DNA of 64,000 nucleotides from Symsagittifera roscoffensis (GCF_963678635.1 NC_087064.1:32745028-32809027), one strand, 5' to 3'; positions 1 to 13,699 are shown, counted from the stretch's first letter. Notes: generated by a model from the sequence alone, not told the origin. Numbers and translations: made by a program.

Positions 1-759
1 AATTTGTAAAGTCTTGTGTTTGTTGAAAATGAGGACAAACTTTTGAATTCGGGTGTGTTTCAGGGATTAACTTTAATAATCATCGGTCGAGTGATATATC
101 ATATTGAAGCGCTTGTAGTCGTGTTTGCAACATAAATTTTCGAAAAAGCTGTCCGAGTGTCGAGAAAAACCGGTGTGAAGTTTTGGTCAAATTTTGAGCA
201 AGTGAAGCGAAATCTCCAGCCAGTGTTTGCTTTACACCCGTGGAAATTATCCAAGAATTTTTTATTTGAGCAGAGAAAACTTAATTTTTATCCGGGTTAA
301 TTAGCGTTTCCTTAGCAATGAACAGTATCAAAAAATTCTGAATTATTTTTTCAGTTTTTTGTTTGTTGTCGATTATTCGAAAACAACTCGTCGATTATGT
401 CTAATTCACTAACGTTCTACACGTTTGTATAGTTATCGCATTGCACAAATAATGACGTCAATTAGGAAAAAAATATATTTTTTTTGTAATTCATTATGGA
501 TGTGGTCGGAACTGTCTGTGCTATTTGCACAGTAACCGACTATTCTTGTTTTTTTTTGTAAATGAACGTATTGATTTTTGACTAATTTAAGTTGAATTGT
601 TTTTTCCCGGAAAAAGTCGAGAAGTATTTTCAAGTTTCTTTTTTCGCATTTTGTCCTGTAAATAATTTTCTAAGTTCATTTTCAAATTAGTTGCTAAATG
701 TAAATTTCGCAATAAAACGGGATTTACTTTTAGTTTCGAAGTTGGCTTTTTATTCGTGT

Positions 760-1165
760 TTTTTGACGAAAAAGTCTTTAAAGTTGTTCACGCTAAAATT
801 TGACTTTTGCGGTTTGATTTCTTTTTAAGTTTAGCTCATTTCCTTTGTTAAAAGGAAAGCAAAATCCTTTTTTGAACTGCGAATCTTTAAAGGTCGCGAA
901 AAACGTGGTTGACTTAGTTTCGAAAGTGGAATTTAATTATCAGGTTTCTCAGCGGAATTACAAATTTATATTTCGATCCAGGTTTTTCAAATTGGGGTAA
1001 TTTTATCCAAAAAGTGTCAATGGTAAATTGTTCCTGAAATGCAAAGAGCTTCAAGCGCTTATATTGTCTCTTTAAAAATCAAAGTTTGATGTTTTTTTTC
1101 GAAAAACTAGGCATCTTTTTTTATGTTTCCTGGCGTTCATAACTCGTTTCCAACTGTCAGTATTA
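760..1165 (+). repeat. Copy of an unclassified interspersed repeat family of about 400 bp (SINE/MITE-like). Tail motif is ttcat..ctcttttccaactgtYagttggctatgttt.
   Basis: Shares the blocks aaaggaaggcaaa..cgaa.agcaaaag..aaaggtcacgaaaaacgtg, ttcccagcgaaataaaa, tcaaattgggtt..ttt.a.caaaaagtgtc.atcataaatt and the tail ttccaactgtcag with copies at 2395, 5090, 21050, 24130, 26750 and others. Confidence 0.6.
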
Positions 1166-1639
1166 TACCAGCGTCAGTATAATACGCGGGACTAGCGCTG
1201 CTAGTAAATAAGATGTTCGTTCTACTTAGAAAAAAGCATTCTTTTATCTAGATTTGTTATCAAACAAAATATTTAATTTTTATCAGGTATAAAGGCTTGA
1301 GTTAATTTGTTTTGTTTTAGAGGTTAGAAAGGATGAACCCGGAACTGTTTTCCGATGGCTATCCAAAGGTTGGGATTGAGTTAGTGAGTTTTGCTCAGTG
1401 CTTACTCTTCGATAAATAGCGTCCGTTAAAAGAGAGAATTGCTGTGTGCTCGATTTTGAACTTCTAGTTCTAGAATATATAGGTGCTGTAAAATATGCAA
1501 AGCAACTAAATGGGAACGCTATTTAAGTGACTCAAATGCAATTATGCGGTGGCATATGCTTACTTGCGGCGGCATATGTTTAATTATAATGCATATGCTT
1601 GTTCAATTAGTTCTTTTGATCTTTTCAATAAAGAGAATT

Positions 1640-1850
1640 TTTTTCTGTTTCGAATAGGCTTCTCAAATTGGGTTAATTTGAACAAAAAAGTGTCCATCAT
1701 AAATTGTTCTACAAATTCAAAGAGCTTTAAGGCCATCTGTTTTTTTTCTTCGAGGTTCGAAAGTTGAGATTTTTTCAACAAAGTCAGTGTTTTTTTGAAG
1801 TTTAGTTACGTTCATTACTCTTTTCTAATATTCAATTGGCTATGTTTTGA
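1640..1850 (+). repeat. Partial copy (3' half) of the same 400-bp repeat family.
   Basis: caaattgggttaatttgaacaaaaaagtgtccatcataaatt ... ttcattactcttttctaatattcaattggctatgtttt aligns to the family tail. Confidence 0.5.
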
Positions 1851-2394
1851 AAACTAGCTTGATTTAGTTTGATAGATCTAGTTTTTTTTCCAAATTTTCG
1901 ATTTTTTTTGAAATTTCTGACTAAACGACTTCCTGTTTTTGTATCGCAAATGGTGCGAATCGCAGCTTCGCCGTTGTGTTATTTTTTGCATTCTGATTCT
2001 GGCTATGTTTACATTTTGCGGCGGAAGAAGAAAAAAAATAACCTATGAATCTAGTTTTCTTAAACTTTTTTAGTTTTTGTGAAATTCAAAGGCCATATAT
2101 TTTTTTCTGTTAAATTTAATTGGTAAAATTTTTTTAGAAAAACGTTTTTTATTTTTTCAGTTTTCTTGCTTTCATTGATACCGCTTATTTTAGCTATCTG
2201 TTGGTTATATTTTATGCATTTAACCTTCGTGTAATCAAAATGTTTAAATATGCTGTTTGGCTTGAGGTTTGAAAAAATTGTAGAATGGGACCATTTTCAA
2301 AGTAGACAAATAGTTCTATAGCGATTCACTTGCGCTGTTAAGAGTAATGAACGTAGTGAGTTTTCTTATATAGATCTTGCTGATTTTTTTTGTT

Positions 2395-2830
2395 TATTTT
2401 TCAGGAAAAAGTCTTGCTCAGTTTTGTTCTTGCTCAGTTTTGATTTTTCGCGGTTTGACTTGTGATTTCTTTTAATGTTCAGTGCATTTCCATTGTTGAA
2501 AGGAAGGCAAACTCCCCTATCGAAGAGCAAAAGTGTAAAGGTCACGAAAAACGTGATCGACTTCTGATTTCGAAAAAAGGAAAGTAATTATTAGATTTCC
2601 CAGCGAAATAAAAGTTGTACGTATTGATCCAGTCTTCTCAAATTGGGTTGATTTTAACAAAAAAGTGTCCATCATAAATTTTTCTACAAATCCGAAGAAC
2701 TATAAGGCCGTCTAATTTCGAAATGCAAAAGTTGAAGTCTCTTGATAAAACAAGTCAGTTTTTTTCAGTTTCCTTGCGTTCATTGCTCTTTTCCAACTGT
2801 TAGTTGGCTATGTTTAACTTTGTCACCGTT
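2395..2830 (+). repeat. Full-length copy of the 400-bp interspersed repeat family.
   Basis: ttcaggaaaaagtcttgctcag ... ttccttgcgttcattgctcttttccaactgttagttggctatgtttaac. This is the best-preserved copy and can serve as a consensus. Confidence 0.6.
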
Positions 2831-4139
2831 AACCTGATTGTGCCTGCCGTTAACCTGATATCGTTGGAACTTGAAGTTGGGTTGAAACCTTTATAATCGT
2901 TTTAGCAATTTTTTTTCGATTGATGTTTCATTTTTAAGTGTCAATGAGCTCTTATTGAGATCTGGCGAAATAAAAAATTTAAAAATAAAAAATAAAATAT
3001 TTCTCAGTGTCGGTGTTAATCATAAAAGAGTCTTCAAATTCACAGAGCTTTACACTTACGTGGTGTATTGTTTCTTCAGAAATTGGAAACTTAAATGTTT
3101 ATAATAGTTTTTCTGCTTTGCTAAATTCATCGACACTTTTCCAACTGTCTATTGGCTATGTTTTATGCTACTGGCTTCAGGGTGTTTGATTGAAGTTTTT
3201 TATGAATCGTGCAGTTTTAATTTTTTGTTGAAAAGAAAGTGATACAAAGTTATGAACTCTTTTCAACTGCAGTGCCTTTATTTAGTTCTGTGCAGAATAG
3301 CCAACTCGCACCTATGCACCTATGCAGAAACCAAACCAGGCCGTCAGAGCCAATCGAGCGGCCTCCGCCAGTGCCTACACTACCAATTCACCCCCCAAAG
3401 ATAAAGCCGCTGGTGGGTGCTGCAGGTGGCACATCGTTCAGACAGAAGCACTCAGTGCCAACTCCCATGAGACCCCCTCTCTTGATGCCAAATAGACTAC
3501 CGCCCCATCCAACCACGCCCCCTGCTTCACGCCCACAAAGTAGGCTCATATATACATTGACATGGTGTATATCAACCGTACAGTTTCTCTCACCCTCATG
3601 AGGTAACCTTCTCTTGATTATCTCTTCTCAACGTGTATTAATTTTTGAAAAGTTGAGTCAGCATAAAATACTTTTTTTGCAACTGGGCACAAAAAATATT
3701 GATTAAATTATTTTAACTAGAATTTAATTTATACTCAAAGTAGCTTCTTAAAATGTCATATTTCTAAACCACCTCTTCGTGAATTGATAGGGCGGCGATA
3801 TTGTACGGTTGATCCGAAGGCAAATTGCGCTCTCCCATAACTGATATAGTTTATTAAATAAAGGTTACAATTGAAAGGTTGTTGTTCCGACCATTGAAAA
3901 TAGGGAGGGTATTTATGTATATTCGGGTGTGTTTTATTTTTTTTGTTTTCCACGCAAAATCAGGTAGTCATCGGTCTGGGTTGAGATATATCAAAATAAA
4001 GCCCTCTCAGTGTTGATTCGAACGGCATAGAAAAGTTGAGAAAAACCGGTTAGTCTTAGTTTAATTTCGAGCGAGTAAAGCGAGCGAGTAGTTCTAAATA
4101 AAAATTTTAGTCAAGTAGTGAAAAACGTAGTTTTACTCC

Positions 4140-4310
4140 AAAAACGATAGATTTTTTTCTTTTATTCATTTTACAAGGAAAAGTCTTATAAGTTATTCAA
4201 TTTTGGTTTTCACGGTTTGACTTACGGTTTCTTTTGAAATTCAGTTTAAATTAATTTGCTAAAAGTCAGGCAAATTACAACAAGAGTGCAAATCACACGA
4301 AGGAACGGAA
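4140..4310 (+). repeat. Partial copy (5' half) of the 400-bp repeat family.
   Basis: caaggaaaagtcttat..ttcacggtttgacttacggtttcttttgaaattcagtt matches the family 5' region. Confidence 0.4.
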
Positions 4311-5089
4311 TTTTGTGAGTTGTACACTCACAATGTAGATTTTTATTCTGTGAAAAGCCCATTTGCTAAAGCCATTTTAGATAATTTTTTATGAGTTTAA
4401 ATTTTTTTTACATGATTGAGCAAATGTTCGAGGAAAGTATTAAAATTTAGTTTTGAGGAGTTGCCAGTTTATTCTGGGTCTAACATGCCAGGTTTCTTCA
4501 TCTAGAGTACTTTTTCCAGCGGGGTTAATTTTTTTCTCGGGCAAGCAGAGTAAAATGAGATAATCACGGAATGTGATAAGTTATCAGCAATAGAATATAA
4601 CTGTTCACTGTGATAACTTTGCTAACCTCGGCTCTCTCCTAGAATATAAGGCTGTTAGGAAAAGTAACGGTAGATGTTAAGAACAGGAATTTTTCAGACC
4701 CGCAATAACCTGTTCTTGAAACCAATTATGGATACTTATATGGGTACCTGAGGATATTTGCTTCCTTCCATGAATTTTTTTTAAACAAATTGCTGGAATA
4801 TGTTATTTAAAATAGTTATAGAAAATATGCAATTCGGACAAAAAAAAACCCAAATTTGCGTATAATTTTGTCCTTGGGAGTAGTTTAAAAAGTTGACGTG
4901 AAGTTTCAAAAATATACCCTGTATACCCAGTTGTCTACGGTGGGTTATCTTTATCAAGAAATGGGCAATCATGATTCTTGAAATTCGAATTGCTTCAACG
5001 TGATATTTTTTTTCTCCGAAATTCGAAAATGGAAAGTGTTCAGGAAAGTTCAATACTTTGAGTTAATTGACACTGTTACAATTCGTAAG

Positions 5090-5420
5090 TTCACTTTATT
5101 TTTTTTGAAAGGAAGGCAAACTCCACTATCGAACAGCGAAAATGTAAAAGTTACGAAAAGCGTAATCGACTTCTAGTTTCGAAAAAGGACTTAAATGTTC
5201 AGATTTTCCAGCTGAATCAAAATTTTACATATCGATCTAGTTTTCTGATATTAGTTTATTTTCATCGAAAAAGCACCGATCATAAAATGTTTTCTTGAAA
5301 TTCAGAGAGCTTTGAGGGCATTTGTTTTTTTTTAAATTCACAAGTTGAAATTCTTTTTCAAAAAACAAGTCAGTTTTTTTTCTGTTTCCTTGCGTTCATT
5401 ACTCTTTTTCTTCTTGGAAA
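5090..5420 (+). repeat. Copy of the 400-bp repeat family.
   Basis: gaaaggaaggcaaactccactatcgaacagcgaaaatgtaaaagttacgaaaagcgtaatcgacttctagtttcgaaaaagg ... tttccttgcgttcattactcttttt. Confidence 0.55.
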
Positions 5421-7504
5421 TTGGAAAGTTGTAAATCGTTTCAAAGTAAGTCAATAATTTTTCATAAAAAAGTCATTAAATTAGAAAAGTGAGTTCGTTG
5501 GCTTTTTTTAAAATTCTGTTGGCTGCTTAAATAAAAGAAGAAGAAGAAGAATTTATTTCTCCATATAATTGATAATACAAGCATCAATTTATTTAAATTA
5601 TTAAATCAACAAAATGGAGGGGATAGACAAAAGGCGCAGTATGTGCCTACTTGACGTCTACCCGTTGAACAAATTAGGATTGCAACTGAGGAATAAAGAT
5701 AAATTTATATTCGAATGAAAAGAGGAATGTGGGGAAAAATTTATTTTCCCCTAAAATTAAGCCCTCATTAAGGAATAGTTTTTACATCTAGTCCTGTCAT
5801 TTCGGCCAATTCTCATTCCAGCTGACGAACTAAGAATAAATAAAAATAAAATCAGTTTTTAGCCACCTCTATAAATGGAGTATAATGAATGAAAATCAAA
5901 GAAATTTTATTTTCTTGTTTGAATTCTTGGGTGAGCTCTTCGATTTATAGGGTAAAATGTTAGACCAAATATTGCGCAACAAGTTCCCCTATTATTTTTC
6001 TGCTAAAATTTTAAGCAACTGTCTTCATCTTTTGGTACAAATCAACCCAATTTGGGAAGATCTTCTTGTTTTGTCCTAATGAAATAAATCAGTCCTCTCC
6101 TCTAAAACCGTCAGCAATATCCTTTTTTCTCGCGAAATTAAGATACTTCCTACCATTTCTATTCAAAATAATTTCCAACATCTAAAGCTGTATTAGTTTG
6201 TTAAAAATACAATCACTTCTTCTTCTTGTAGTCTGCCTTCGCAAACCAAAGCGAGTAGCGGCGAAACGTAAATGTAAAATGCGGCGTTTCAAATCTAAAA
6301 ATTGAATTTATAATCCCGGTTGGCGTCCAATTTTTTTTTCAGATTAAAAAGTTTTAAAGTATCTTAAAAGTTTGAAGCTACTCTGAGTGATTTGCTGTTG
6401 CTTTGCTTGTATACGAATTGAATTTGGTCTCCTTGTAAGCTTCTCGAATATTTTTAATGATTACTTCTTATCCGCCTTTTTGCTGTTCCAACTAATTAGC
6501 GCTTTTTGCTGTATCAGATACCTCAAAGAAATTTAAGATACCCCAAAGAAAGCTTTCGGCAATTGCATTTGTATCATATCAAAACCACAAGGCGTAATTC
6601 AGAATCCCAAAAAGATAATTAGCTATTTTGGTGCCAGGACTATTTCGAAGTAAATCAATCACGTCTGAAGTTCGATCTAAATGTTAAAATTGAATCCACC
6701 TTTACGGAGTGCCACCTTCAAAGCTTAAGTTGATTGCTGAGTTTGCAGTAGATTGTCATAGGAGTGAACGAAGTCATCCATGCAAAAGCTGTTATGAATT
6801 AGTTGCTGTATGTTGGGATCTTTGTTGCAGAACTCGATGATTGTATGATGTAGTGCGAAGATGGCTATTCGGGGTGAGCATTTAGCTCCGAAGACTAGTC
6901 TCGTATACTGATACTGTTTACCTATCGGAGTACATTTTGATCATCCTCTTTTATGACTATTTGCATAAACATGTCCTCTATGTCACCAGAGAGGACAGGT
7001 TTCGCTATCGGTTTCTCTCTAAACCTCAAACAAACCAATTAATTTGTTTAGTAGATCCGGTCCCCTTTCTATACAGGAATTGAGAGAAATGCTTTTGATT
7101 TTTCAATTTGAATTTCGAATACGACTGAAGGTACATATGTCTCAAACTGTTTGTGTTAACTTGTCAATAAGTCAATTATTTCAATTTGGTCATAATCTCA
7201 GTAATTTTAAAACAGTTTTATCGCTCATTTATCTAAATCACATTATTGAAAGTTCAAGTCATAAATGGGCATAATTAAATTGGCGCCATCTGTTAAGTTA
7301 TATCCAACGTAAAGACCTAATTCAACGGTTAAGCATTTGCGTTTTCTGTCTTGTAACTTCTACCTAATAACGAATTAGCTTCTTTCGCATAAGGGGGAAA
7401 TGAAAGAGATTCATGCAGATCCAGAATATCCATAGATAGAATTAATCATATCGATATTCTTGTGCTGCAAGCAAGTCTCATGGTAGCTGCAAATGTTGTT
7501 CATT

Positions 7505-7910
7505 GTAGTTTCAGGGGACTGAAAACTTTTTAGTCCTTTATAAAATCGTTTTTTTTTCGTCTCAACTGGTGATTGCTCAAAGATTCTCGGATTTTTTTCC
7601 GCATCTTAAGTTTTTTTCCGCTGCTAATTACGCTTGCGATTAGCAAGCGTTATCAAACTAGAATAGAGAGTTTTTCTTGTCAAAATCAGTTAAATCACTT
7701 GACGTGCTCTTCAGCTGACATGCTGAGTTTCATGAAAATTTAACTTTAACTACTGGCTGGATACTAGTTACTACAGGGTACTTTCAGGGGGACTTGAAAC
7801 TTTTTTAAGTTTTTTTTACATAGTATTTTTTTTTCTGGTCAACTGGTGTCTGCTCAAAGATTTTCGGCCTTGTTTCAGCTTCGTAAGTTTTGCCCAGTTG
7901 CTAATTTGAA
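7505..7910. repeat. Two direct copies (7505-7640 and 7780-7910) of an AT-rich unit of about 140 bp.
   Basis: ctttcaggggactgaaaactttt ... tctcaactggtgattgctcaaagattctcgg versus ctttcagggggacttgaaactttttt ... ggtcaactggtgtctgctcaaagattttcgg. Confidence 0.5.
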
Positions 7911-9063
7911 ATTCAAATGTCTTGCTTGGCATGTTTGTCTAGAATTCCTATTTGATAAAAAACAGATATTATGAAAGTGTATGTAATGAAGATGGCGTGT
8001 TTAAGTGTTATCAAGCAGTGACCTTGGCGACAAGAGAATTTGATTGTTTGGCCGACAATTATTCAAAATATAAAAAAAATGGTTAAAAAACAAACCGGTG
8101 AAAAGACTTCATCTTCTTGCTCCTCCTCATCATCAGCTGCAAATGATAAACATTATAAAAAAAGATACAGGTCAAAAGTATCAGTATGTCCCGAAAAAGA
8201 ATGTGCTGAAAGTGGCGATGAAAACAATGCGGATGATGAATACTCGATTAATAAAAAATGTAGAGTTGCCTGAAACAGGAAAAAAAAACGTTTGAACAAT
8301 TTGATTAACCAGCAGAACGGTTGAAGCAATGTATGAGCAGTCACCTGAATTTTTTTAAAATTTCGAAAGAATTTTAAATTTTTTGTTCTAAACAACGAAC
8401 CCGACATCTCACAACTCCCTCTCAACACAAATTTTGCATTTGTAACCTACTCAACTCAGAACGAGTCTTGCACCCAACTGCTCGACAATGATCATCCCCA
8501 CATCCATGTTCTCGTCGAATTAACAAAAGATTGTGTTGACGTAGTGAACAAGCTGACCTCAACCACTTTCGTTGTACCTTGTCTACTCTCATCTTTCAAA
8601 CATCTAATTTTGGGTTGCAGTAAAATTCAGCTATCGGGATCTTTGATGGAAAAATTAAAATTTGCTGTCAACTTCAACAATTCTATTAACACTTCAACTG
8701 ACATTGGCGGTGCTCCTCTACGAAGAAGATTGCCACACGTTTGCTTCGCTTTACAAACTTGATCCATTCAAACTCAAACTGATTTAATCACTATTGTAAC
8801 AATTGAAAGCTTCATCAATATTTTGAATGGTGATAATGCTGTCGAGTTTTCTAAAATTATTGATATTATTTTGAGTGGATACGGTCGTTTAGAGATTGAT
8901 TCAAATACTTTGTTTGTTAAATTTATAATAAAAAAAATTAAATTCTGAAAACGTTTCCTAGAGCCTGAGATAACACCAGAGGCAAGTGTTCTAACAAAGA
9001 AAAAAGTAGTTCGGAAAAAAATTCAATTATAGATCATTATAGAAAATCATCAGTTTTTCAATT

Positions 9064-10553
9064 TTATAACATCATATGTTTAGCAAAGCGCATCATGTCG
9101 TGGTCGTTTAGTTTGAAACCTATAGGGAATTGGGATGAAATTATAACATGAGCAACATGAATATAATAAAGTCCACACAAGATCGAGTTAGCTGATTGGA
9201 TTGGCTTGTTCATCAGTATTTGGTGTCCTTCATGAATAGAATGTCTCATGTATTTGTAAACATGTGGATAATTGTGTATTCCTTGTCCAAGAGGATCTGC
9301 AATAAAAAAAATTTGACCGCCAGCTTGAGCGAATAGTAATCAGTGAGTTCCTGGCTGGTCTGAGTTGGATGCGTTCACTATCATAAAAGTATTGTCACGT
9401 TTCACTTTTGTTCTAAATGCTAAGTTAGCTGGAGAAATGCCTCTAAATCGATGTTTCAAATGCTTGCATTGGTTAAAAAGCTCTGTAATCTGCAAATTGT
9501 CCATTTTTTTCAGATTCAGTTCATTAGAGTGTTTTGAGCTTTTTTTCTATCGGAACGCACGTAAACTGTTGATGCACGCTCTCCCATGAAAAGTAACTCT
9601 ACATTTTCCCCCAGTGGTGCATTTAACTTCAGTTCTACTGAAATGGTGCAATTAGTCAATTCAGGATGAATAAAGTCATGTGAAGCCTCCTGAGTAGATG
9701 TGAGATCAAATGCCATAATATAATGATTGTGATAATTAGCCAAACTGATTCCATGACTATTGTTAAAAACAAAGTCTAGAGCTTCTAATGTGTTATAGTA
9801 TATTCTTTAGTTATTAGTCGTTGACACAGGAGTACCTGCAATGGGTCGACCGTTTCGGTAAACAATGATTTCATTCAGCTGAAACTTTTGACAATGAAAC
9901 GGGTTTGTTCGGTTAGTACCCAGGTATGCTGTATTTGAGCTCATTGCCAAAATCATTCGACGAACTGGCTCTTTGGCAAAAAAGTCTTCTTGTCGCCAGC
10001 TTTGCACACCAGTTGTGGCCAAAAAAGTTCTTGGTAAAACTTAAATATAATTGTATATTGCGGGTGTTTTCAGCAGAGTTTTTACTATCGACGATAGCAC
10101 AAAATCGCTTACTGTCATTTTGCGCACATATAGGTTAGCTTCAGTGATTTCAACTCGGTAATGTTTATCTCTATGCTCGGACATGATAACAAAGTCATTA
10201 GCAAATCGTCTCAGAGAAAGTCTTATTGTAACACCGTTGATAAGATGTTTGTCACTTGATAAAAAATCACAAGAAATTTTACCAAATAGACGGAATTCGC
10301 TTGACGCAGCTACGATTCGCTTACGTTCCGCAACATCTTCAGCTCGCCCATTAGCACCATCAATACCTGATGGAATATCTTCATAATAATAACCTTGACA
10401 AGCAAGCCATGTTTTCTTTGCATCATTACCATGTGAAAATTCGGTCTCAATGAAACTCTTATGGGCAAAATTGGCATTAGTTGTTGAAATTTTTTCTCCA
10501 TTCAGAGACATTGTGCTTTCGGAAAATAAAGATGACAGTGGATTTATAACCAA
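9064..10553 (-). pseudogene. String of four co-linear minus-strand ORF fragments (170, 71, 75 and 61 aa). These are likely one disrupted structural gene (candidate capsid) of the Polinton-like element.
   Basis: Adjacent ORFs 10041..10553, 9807..10022, 9516..9743 and 9064..9249 lie on the same strand with short gaps. Together they span about 500 codons. No motif was recognised, so the function is only a guess. Confidence 0.25.
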
Positions 10554-10811
10554 TTATGGGGTGTCTCGTTGTGCTGCCTCAGTAGCATGAGTTCGCAGTA
10601 CATTACCATTATTTTGAACAATACGTGCTACAATCTCCAAGCGAGTTCATTGAAGATCGATAAAGTTGTTTCTATCTCCTAAAACTTCAAATTCGAGCAT
10701 GGGACCATCAGGTGAATAAGATGGACCAATTTTTGAGTGAATGCATTTTCAAATGTAACGAATAGAGGAAGAAAATCTAATGAGCTATGAGTTGCTTCAG
10801 TTGGTAATAAA

Positions 10812-11162
10812 TTAGAAATCATTTCGTACTTTGGTGAAAAAGTTGGAGCGACTTCTCAGTGGAGGTCGTTTCTTTGGAATGTGAACTTTTGTTTTTCTTG
10901 TCGTTGTTGCTATCATTCGTTTTCTGCTCATACGGGACTTGTTGCGTCCAGCTCCAACTTGTTTTTTGATTGTGTTTTTTACAGTGTTGTTCAAGGCTTG
11001 TTTGGGCGTTTTCTTCCTGGTTGCTATATCTATTACTTCGGGTACTGCTTGAACAAGTATTTCTTTTCCAATACGTTTTGCTGCTGGTACTATAAATTTC
11101 CGAGCTAACGGAAGTGCTACTCGTCCAATACCAATAGCCAGAGCACCGAAGCCACTACCCAT
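10812..11162 (-). CDS. Small, very basic protein with a Gly-rich hydrophobic N-terminus (MGSGFGALAIGIGRV...KKRPPLRSRS). It may be a core or minor virion protein of the Polinton-like element.
   Basis: 116-aa ORF rich in K/R, lying between the protease and the candidate capsid fragments. Confidence 0.3.
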   Translation of the reverse strand: MGSGFGALAIGIGRVALPLARKFIVPAAKRIGKEILVQAVPEVIDIATRKKTPKQALNNTVKNTIKKQVGAGRNKSRMSRKRMIATTTRKTKVHIPKKRPPLRSRSNFFTKVRNDF

Positions 11163-11203
11163 GCTGTCTGTATTGTCCTGAGAAGTGAGGCATGGTCGCT
11201 TGA

Positions 11204-11777
11204 TTATGATAGTACAAGTGGTACAAGTCTACCGGTTTCTGTTCGTAGGTTTACCGCAATGCTCTGAATGTTATTAACGAGGCGTTTTTTATAATCTAAG
11301 TTAACAAAAACTTTGCGATGATTTGGTTCAATGCTGCAAACGTAACCGTTTTTCACTCGTCGATGAGTATTAATGACCCTGAGCAACAGTGCTTTGGTGT
11401 AACCCACAATCTGATAATGGATTATATCCAAGTAGATAAACATCATTTGGGTTCCAGCAGTCGGAAATGAGGTTTTGCGATGTGAGAGTGCTATGGATAT
11501 GACTGGATTCTTTATAGCCGATATGGTAGCCCGTTTCATCTCTTATACCTTTGAAATCTAAAATACTAGGAATTTGTGGGCTCTCAAAGGTAATGCCTTC
11601 CCAATAATGCATCCAAATTGAAAGATGTTTAGTAATGGGGTCGATGCTATAACTTAAAATATCAAGATCAACCTTCCGATTGATTTCGTTGAATAATTTC
11701 TCGATTTCGCCATATTCACCCTTTGTTATTTCAGTTTTCTCTCCATCATATGGTCGAGATATTTTATCTTTTGCCAC
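11204..11777 (-). pseudogene. Ulp1/adenain-like (C5-type) cysteine protease, apparently frameshifted near the C-terminus.
   Basis: ORF 11370..11777 contains HLSIWMHYWEGITF (His region) and NPLSDCGLHQ. The latter is the Q..DCG catalytic-Cys motif of Ulp1/adenovirus protease. The overlapping ORF 11204..11539 lies in another frame. Confidence 0.5.
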
Positions 11778-12092
11778 TTTAAGACTTGCTTTAACTTTGT
11801 TTTTTTGTAGTTCACTATTTTAGTATCTGTTACATTGTTAAAATGAGTGGGAAACGTTATTTCTGACAATGCAACTCTCCATTCGCCTTGCAGATCGATA
11901 TCTTCATTGAGACTGATGACACCAATGTAATACTAAAGGAATCTTTGTCACCTCCAAAGTTGCTAGACATTGTTTAGCTTGACCCTTCCTTTTCCAATAC
12001 TCTGATTAGTATGGGCTCATAAAATTTACCCTCTATTGGTTCTCTATCGGCGTCGGTGGGCTCCTTGTTGGTTTGTCAAATATTTCAAAAAC

Positions 12093-12672
12093 TTAGTCAG
12101 TGAAGGACTGTTTATAACCTTTTCGAAAAGGGATGTCAGTTTTTGCTATTCTCACAAAATCACCAACTAGTTTCAATGATTGTTCCGCTCTTAATGAAAT
12201 TAGACGCGGAACATCCTTTTTTGGGACTTTTTTTGGGGCTAATTTGATGACGCGGTTTGTTCTCGAATTTATTGTGTTGACAAAGTCTTGAAGCTTATCG
12301 ATATAAGAGTAGGTCCATTTGTCAGCCAAATACTTATAAATCAAACTTTTTAGTGATCGAATGTTCCATTTGGCGAAAGCGGACTTTTTTCACTCTCTGT
12401 TTTGTATGTTTTGATGCCCTTTTCCTCACATAAAGTTTTGAATGACACCTTGAACTCTGTGCCTCTATCTACCCAGATTTTTTGTGGCTGTTTTTTTTTA
12501 TCATTTGTTTGAATGCTTCCGCAGTTGAAGTAGCATACTCTGATTTCAATGACTGTACACGTAGATAACGGGACATGCAATCCACTGCAACCATAAGATA
12601 ATTGATGTTTTTGTTGTAATCTGCAAGTTCATCAACATACACTAGGTCAATTGACCATATTTCGTCTGTCAT
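12093..12672 (-). pseudogene. Retroviral-type (rve/DDE) integrase, split over three frames.
   Basis: WSIDLVYV ... NYLMVAVDCMSRY are the first D and the conserved YLLV.D.FSRY block of the rve core. IWVDRGTEF is the second D in the D.G.EF motif. It lies in the next ORF, in a different frame. Confidence 0.6.
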
Positions 12673-12838
12673 AAACTATCACTTTGAGGCGTGGTGTTTT
12701 GCGACGAACTGTTCGATATTTTGTATATGCAGGCTCTGTATGTAAAAAATGTTTCACTTTACTTCGTGAAATTTTTCATTCCTCCTTTAAGTTTTGTACA
12801 CTGCCAAACAATGCTGGACCTTTACTTGTAAATTTAGT

Positions 12839-13201
12839 TTACAATCGGTTTTCTTCAGCTGGTGTAACCTTGCTATTTTTTTGTTTTGTTTTCGTCTTCT
12901 CTGTCATTGCAGAATCTGAATCGTTATCGGGCGATCCGTAAAATCCAGAGTCTTCTTCTTCTGCGCCTTCTTCTCCTTTGGTTTTTTGCGCTGATCGTTC
13001 TTTCACTGTCTGCAACAGTCCTTCTGGTTTTGCGTCTTTTAATGCTTTTTGAGCTGGAACTTGTTGACGACGGTTTCTTGGCAGAAAGGAGATCTGAGAT
13101 ATTGAAGGGGAATTTGTGGAACCTCTGCTTCTTTGCCTCTGTTGAGCTTGTTCCTTAGTCGTTGACTGAACCGCGACTTTGGCATACTTGTTCATAACCA
13201 A
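12839..13201 (-). CDS. Hypothetical highly charged, low-complexity protein (KEQAQQRQRSR..., EEGAEEEDSG) upstream of the integrase core. It may be a frameshifted N-terminal part of the integrase.
   Basis: 120-aa ORF directly 5' (in element sense) of the integrase ORFs. Confidence 0.2.
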   Translation of the reverse strand: MVMNKYAKVAVQSTTKEQAQQRQRSRGSTNSPSISQISFLPRNRRQQVPAQKALKDAKPEGLLQTVKERSAQKTKGEEGAEEEDSGFYGSPDNDSDSAMTEKTKTKQKNSKVTPAEENRL

Positions 13202-13699
13202 CTATTCGTCAAGTTTGAGAGACCTCAAAATCAGTATGAAAGCAGGGTTGTACAATTTTTTAGTTTGCTGTTGTATATCAGACAAAAAAACTGAAGCCTT
13301 AAGACCGGTTGGAACTTTATCAACGTAAAGCTGTTCATTTTATTTGTTTATTGTGACTCGCTCTGACTTTTTAATAATTTCCAGAACTTTTTTTGCTCGT
13401 TTAAGTTTGTTTTCGTCCATGAGTTGTAATTGTAACGTAATACGTTCAGTGGATAAAGCGTCATTAAGCTCAGTACGTGTTCCCAGCTCATTTCCCTCAT
13501 CTTCAGTGAGAAGGAGAGCTTGTTCTTGTTGACTGTTGTCTGCTGTGGCATTGATAAGTGTTTCGGGGGTTGGTATACCCGGAGGATTAGTTGTGCTGTT
13601 GCTTTTAGGGGTCTTAATCGATTCAAGTATGATAGTTGCGGTTTTTTATGTTTGAGTGAGTTGTCAAGCAAAATTTGCGCTGCATGGGGTTGTTCTCTA

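Noticed and set aside
3239-3601. 120-aa proline-rich ORF in a GC-rich patch.
   Set aside because: No start context and no splice signals. The composition is low-complexity and the patch is bounded by a short inverted repeat (atcaaccgtaca / tgtacggttga). It is more likely a TE-derived or non-coding GC island.
8040-8430. Overlapping small ORFs (77 aa, 65 aa and 91 aa antisense) with Ser-rich and Lys-rich runs.
   Set aside because: They are mutually overlapping on both strands in an A-rich stretch. They have no motifs or splice evidence.
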